Shown: one piece after another, positions 38,473 through 42,353 of the stretch | Layout: each line of letters opens with the position of its first letter | Position numbering within the stretch: the stretch's first letter is position 1 | Origin: Tubiluchus corallicola | Taxonomy: Eukaryota; Animalia; Priapulida | Assembly (NCBI GenBank): GCA_030141605.1 | Contig: JAQGDQ010001408.1 | Coordinates: forward strand, 1 to 42,353 | DNA length: 42,353 nt | Direction: 5' to 3' | Made by a program: the position numbers and the translations under genes | The notes under the pieces: generated by a model | The model's input: the letters and a program-made list of their open reading frames with translations, nothing else | Told to the model about the DNA's origin: nothing | Database searches by the model: none

Positions 38473-39793
38473 TATTTTTTCTCATTGATAACACATGACA
38501 GTTTTTCTATGGTGCCAAACGGTATTTCCGGCATAATGAGCGTATTAAATTTCGTATTTAATATGCCCAGTGTGCGTTTTAAGTTAATAACATGTTTAAT
38601 AAACATATAATTGTTATTTATATTACTTATGTATGTACATAGACAGCAAAGGATGATTTTAAAAGTAGTTTTAATTATCATAGGCTTAAAGATAACTGGT
38701 ATTTTGCGATATAATTATAGAATAAAGCTATTTTGCTATTCGCAAGTGAATCTGTCTTGCTCCAGCATTAGTCACAAAATGCCAAGTTTTACAATTACGT
38801 CTAATAATCTTATGTGAATATTTCCTATAAGCAATAATTTTTTATTCCATGTTGAATAGTAGTACATGGTATGTAGAAGAGAGCATAGAACCCTATAGAA
38901 CAGTTACATTACTAGTTTGAATACTAAAACAATGATTGCAAGTATAACTGTATTTATATATCTAGAAAAGCCTATACAAAACAAATCAACTTACAGCGCA
39001 AGGATAATTAAAATACAAACGCATTTATACACAATGCTATTCCATATAATATCGTAAAATATTACTAATCGATAGCAAAATCAAGCCATTGATTTGATTT
39101 TTGAAATGACTTTAATTTGCTGTATGTAAATTTGCGATTACTAGTATTTTACGTTATATGCAATTGCATTGTGTAAAATTACATTTGCATTTTAATTATC
39201 CTAAACTTTAACAGCAAGTTTCAGTTTAGTCTTGCTCATAAATATTTTATATTGATTAGCATTACTGTATAAAGTATGTAGGTAAAAGGAAACAGGTAAG
39301 TGCAGAGAGATGTCTTTTGAAGCAGAAAGCTAACCATTTGTTCCAACGTCTTGCTTAAAAAACCTTTTGAAAATATTTTTAACAAAACAGTTTTCCAGCT
39401 CTCAGTCTAAAAACAACCTACTGTCTAGTCAGCGGCAGATTATGATTTTATGGGCCTTAGGCTTGAGCTTGGAACGGGCCTTTTAAATGTTGCTACACTG
39501 CTGAGCTGACGTGTTTTTGTGGAGCTCTCGTCGTTTGTAAGTTTGTTTAATTTTGTGAGTTTTTGCCCACCGATTGTGATAAAAATTATATCTTCTTGAT
39601 CCTTGAGTTGTGGACTAGGACTATATAAACATGATTACAGCTTGGTGAGTTTCTGGGTTAGATGTCAACTAAAATAAGCCAATCAGAAACTCTGAAAGTA
39701 ACTTTAGTTTCTTACTAATTTCTTATACTTATTAGTAAGTATTCTTATATTATTCTTATTAGTACTTATTCTTATATTTTTATTTTCAGAAAT

Positions 39794-42182
39794 ATGACGT
39801 ATCGTCATAAATCCGGATGCCAAAAATCAAAAGAAGCAACGGGAAGAGGCAGATTTAAGATGTACACCAAAAATTACACCAATGTTCGTCACAGCAGCAA
39901 GTCAATCTAATGCAACTGAAACTATACAGACTATCTGTGATGAATCAATGGAAGATGACAATCATCAGGAAATACAGTTTCCATTGGATATTGCGCTCTG
40001 GCCAAAACTTTCGGATCCACAGATAGAAGTTTTACTGCGACAACCAAGTTCTAACTTTCAAAATAAACATGCTAATTTCAATAAATCGGAAAAAATAGAC
40101 AACAAGCAGAAAAGATATTTTACAAAGTCTCTCTTCGCACGAATTTATTCTGTAAATGGTGAAGAAATAGACCGGTCATGGCTTTGCTACTCTCCCAGCA
40201 CAGGTTGTGTCTTCTGTTTCATTTGTACAATATTTTGTCAGGATCGGACAAATACATTCATTCAAGGATACAGTGAATGGAAAAATGCAAATAGCCGTAT
40301 TGAAAAACATGAAAACAGTTCTGAACATCGCACAGCACGTGTCAAATTGATCACACGTGCCAAAGAAGCTGGTAGAATTGACAGTGAACTCATAAAACAA
40401 GAGAAAGCGGAGCAAGCATATGCAAGGTCAGTCCTGGAAAGAATTGTAGCAACCATAGCATTCCTAGCTGAGCGTGGCTTGCCATTCCGTGGACATGATG
40501 AGCTGTTAAACTCTCCTTCTAATGGAAACTTTCTGGGGACACTGGAATTACTGGCCAAATTCGATCCCTTTCTTTCAAGGCATATAGAAACTTATGGTGG
40601 ACGAGGTAGAGGTTCTGTTTCGTATATGTCATCTACTATTTGCGACGAAATAATTGAAATAATGGGACAGAAGCTACTGAAATGTATTACTGCAGAAATT
40701 AAGAAGACGAAGTACTTTTCAATATCAATGGACTCAACACCAGATGTCTCTCACACTGACAAATTGACTAATATTTCGGTATCTTGGAGAGGATGATCCA
40801 GTGGAAAGATTCGTTAAATTCCTAGACATGCATGGACATTCAGCCAAGGACCTCACGGAAAGTTTATTTGCATTCCTGGAAGAAAATGAACTTCGTATCT
40901 CAAATTGTAGAGGACAATCATACGATAACGCGAGCAATATGAGTGGGAAATATAATGGTGTCCAAGCGCTCATATGCAAGGAAAGCAGCACAGCATTCTA
41001 TGTACCATGTTTCGCTCATTCACTAAACCTGGTAGGACAGTCAGCAGTTGACTCTATGCCTCTGGTCTGTCAGTTTTTTGACTTTGTTCAAAATCTATAT
41101 ACATTTTTCAGTGCCGCCACACATCGCTGGGGATTATTAGTGGCCGAATTAAGCAAGAAGAATTTACCTGTTGTCAAACGTCTCTCAGATACAAGATGGT
41201 CTGCTCATTCGTCTGCTGTACATGCTCTTGGTGAGGGCTACTCTGAAATTCTTGAATGTCTTGATAAAATGTCTAATGATTCTGATGAGAAGGCTGATGC
41301 TCGAAGACAGGCTAAATGTCTTTCACAAAAAATGGAAAAATTGGAGTTCGGTATGTTAATATCAATTTGGTCAGTGTTACTAAAACGATTTCATGACACA
41401 AGTAAGAAACTTCAAAGTGCATCATTGCATTTGAATACAGCTATCAAACTACTTCAGTCATTGAAGGACTTTGTTTCATCCCAACGAGAAGAGTTTGACT
41501 CATTCGAAAAAAGCGGCAAGTCAAAATCAAATCAAATCAATTACGAGGAAGAAATGACAAGAAAACGAAAGAGAAGCGAGAAACTGAGACGAAATGATGG
41601 AGCTGCTGGTGAAACTGAGTTCAGCCCTCGTGATTCATTCTGTGTAAATGTCTTTCTTTCTATCATAGATCAACTATGTGCTGCATTAGATAAACGCATT
41701 AGTGCATATGATAACGTTTGCTCCAAATTTGGGTTTCTGTCTGACATTTTGACACTGAACATTGACCAACTGCGCCAAGCTGCTCGAAATCTTTTGGACA
41801 CGTATCCTAACGATTTAGAGACATCTTTTGTTGAAAAGTTAGTACACTTCCAGTCGTTTATCCAGAAATGTGACCAAACTTGCAACGGCACCATTGAACT
41901 ACAGATGTATCGGCAAATTGTTTCCAATAACCTTCTGTCACTGTTCCCAAATGTTTACATATGTGTTAGAATGTACTTGTGTATGATGGTTTCAAACTGC
42001 AGTGGGGAACGATCATTCTCTGCTCTGAAAAGGATAAAAACTTATTTACGGTCATCTCTAAAGGATGACAAATTAAACAATTTATCACTGATGCATATTG
42101 AGTCAGAAATGTTGAAAAAATGGACTTTTCAGAAATTATAACTGACTTTGCCCTCAGAAAAATCCGGAAACTGAAATTTTGA
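39794..42182 (+). pseudogene. hAT transposase with three frameshifts (TTF-type Zn finger, DUF4371-like region, dimerisation domain)
   Basis: RSWLCYS..VFCFIC, GLPFRGHDE..GNF, SMDSTPD, RGQSYDNASNMSG, PCFAHSLNL, SDTRW, CSGERSFSALKRIK. Shifts at ~39830, ~40770 and ~42120. Confidence 0.92.
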
Positions 42183-42187
42183 ACTTA

Positions 42188-42265
42188 AACTTAAACTGTG
42201 TAAACGTGAATTGTGTAAACTTAAATTGTGTAAACTTGAATTGTGTAAACTTGAATTGTGTAAAC
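42188..42265. repeat. 15-bp tandem repeat x~5 in the hAT 3' region
   Basis: TTGTGTAAACTT(G/A)AA units. Confidence 0.8.
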
Positions 42266-42353
42266 CCGATTTGAAATATAGTGACTGACTTTTGAAAAAA
42301 AAACTTTTTTCTATATTTCATTTTGGCGGGCCCCTTGCTCCTTTGTCAATCTA

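Larger units (their letters stand above)
39430..42353 (+). mobile_element. hAT DNA transposon (ZMYM1/Tip100-like transposase); right end outside window
   Basis: CAGCGGCAGATT terminus with GGGCC subterminal motifs; GGGCCCC recurs at ~42328; transposase inside. Confidence 0.88.

Overview
AT-rich, intron-containing animal (invertebrate-like) genomic DNA, not prokaryotic. The window looks like a decaying gene-fragment mosaic embedded in transposon debris. It holds one complete spliced ORF, METTL5 (minus strand, 4 coding exons, 211 aa), whose catalytic NPPF motif reads NPPS. Disabled fragments are an intronless, frameshifted and truncated prolyl 4-hydroxylase alpha gene, a partial CERT1/COL4A3BP (stop and frameshifts), a partial tyrosine aminotransferase (TAT) directly after it, and a tentative degenerate CTC1-like gene whose ATG lies 10 nt after the METTL5 stop. 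Mobile elements include a LINE with an open RT ORF at the left edge, a 5S-rRNA-headed SINE split by a solo LTR, a MetaSINE-like element, several LINE 3' ends, MITE and Kolobok-like pairs, a second solo LTR, and a frameshifted hAT transposon running off the right edge. At least seven locally born tandem amplifications (32, 38, 46, 68, 72, 75, 76 bp) occur, several inside exons or at splice sites. Gene identities come from by-eye comparison with remembered homologues; no searches were run. Single-base frameshifts could partly be assembly errors. No proven new system is evident; the METTL5/CTC1-like juxtaposition is the best candidate.
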